From NCBI GenBank assembly GCA_951406725.2, contig OX597826.1, positions 72,354,001 through 72,418,000 on the forward strand: DNA of 64,000 nt, in the 5' to 3' direction. Below are positions 62,546 through 64,000 of this stretch, in pieces. The first letter of the stretch is position 1; every line of letters starts with the position of its first letter. The notes under the pieces are model-generated. The model saw only the letters and a list, made by a program, of their open reading frames with translations, did no database searches and was not told where the DNA came from. This DNA is from Octopus vulgaris (lineage: Eukaryota). A program made the position numbers and the translations under genes.

Positions 62546-64000
62546 AAGTTATTTGTACTCAGGGACAGCCCTGGGACTTGAGGTTAGTACCACTCTTCTC
62601 TGGTGCAGACTGAACTGTAAAGAAAGGCATGGTGATTGTTGTTGTAGTGGCTCTCAGTAGAAATTACAAGCTGTTTCTAACTCAAGAAATGGTAGAAATA
62701 AGGTTTTCTTGCATAGAATATACAAAGCTGTTGGCAGTATTTGACTGCTACTGATTCCATCAACTGAGAACCCAAAGAGATGCATACTGCTGGATTTTGT
62801 CTAATACTCCATCTATAAATATAAAAATAATATTTCCTAACTTAAAGACAAGGCCTCAAAATTTACAGAAGATACTTGATTATATCAACCAAGCAGTTAA
62901 CTGATGCTGATTTTATCTAAGCTGGTAGGGTCAAGCCAATGAGGGAGCCTCAGAGTGCATGATCAACCTTTGAGAAATAGCAGCGAATATGCCCTCCAGA
63001 TCACATGCTGTTCTTATTTGGGAAAAGAAAAGAAGCATTGAATAATGTAGGTCCTATTACACACCCCTTAAAAAGCTGAGATGGTCATGGCTGGAATGCC
63101 TTTGATCATAGGTCTGTTCAATCAAGGCCTGAACTAGAGCAAAATGACAACCCTGAAAGCAGCATGAAAGGTAAAAATCAAACCTGTTGGGATTTGAACT
63201 CAACACGCAAAAGGGGTTTACCTAAAAACATACAATGCATTCAGTTTGATGTTCTACTGATTCTGTCAATCTACTGCTCTTCTTTCTCCTCTTCCTCCTC
63301 CTTCTCCTCCTCCTCCTACTGCCACCACCTCTACTACTACTTCTACTACCACTACTAGTCTTACTACTACTAATAATGATCCTTTGTAGAAGAGGCATAA
63401 GACCTGATATTTTGGGGGACAGAGGCTAGTTGGTTTCATTGACCCCCCCTAGGACTTGATTGGTACTATAATTTATTGACTTCGAAAGGATGAAAAGCAA
63501 AGTTGACCTCAACAGTATTTGAACTCAGAATGCAAAGAGCGGCAAGAAATGCGGCTAAGCTATTTGTCCAATATGCTCACTATTCTGCCAGCTTGCTACG
63601 TAAATGATAATAACAATAACAACAATAATAATAATAATATGCATCTACTTAAATATTCTGATGATCAATTTTTAATTGTATTTGTATTTGGTTTTCATTT
63701 CTATGATACTAATTAGTTGAATGTAACGAAGTCACTGATGATAAGCTCAAATTTTTGTAACAACAGTTGTTTTCAGCTTTTGGGAAAGGAAACAAATGTT
63801 TCCCTTGCCAAAAGCCTGTTTAAGTCAATCTAGAATGAACTGGATATAGTTTAGTAGTTAACAATAAAATGGTAATCCTGCATTATAATTAACATTTTAG
63901 CTAATTAAATTGTGGTTTCAGGAATGTAAAATCATTGTAGCTATTTATTTATTAATTAACCAATACTGAGAAAGAATAAAACTTATTTCATTAATAAGAA

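Overview
AT-rich, microsatellite- and SINE-dense eukaryotic DNA. The repeat families look like those of a coleoid cephalopod, probably Octopus (inference from recall, not a search). The window is almost entirely one + strand gene, the SWI/SNF ATPase Brahma / SMARCA2/4. I traced 32 coding exons by hand from ATG 8809 to 62545. All junctions are phase-compatible, giving about 1,600 aa with QLQ, HSA, BRK, SNF2 ATPase, SnAC, AT-hook and bromodomain. The promoter and first non-coding exon lie upstream of the window, and the true last exon may lie downstream. Introns carry tRNA-derived SINEs, RTE-tail SINEs, piggyBac-like TTAA MITEs, hAT MITEs, and mariner and maT (DD37D) fossils. The most notable observations are: (1) (TA)n-embedded fold-back elements and Penelope-like remnants carrying minimal hammerhead ribozyme motifs, one with an intact core on the pre-mRNA strand; (2) a duplicate of the start-codon exon that kept its acceptor, lost its donor and could act as an in-frame terminal exon making a 93-aa hydrophobic microprotein; (3) a GC donor competing with an in-frame GT donor; (4) several long intronic hairpins next to exons. 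Repeat boundaries are approximate.
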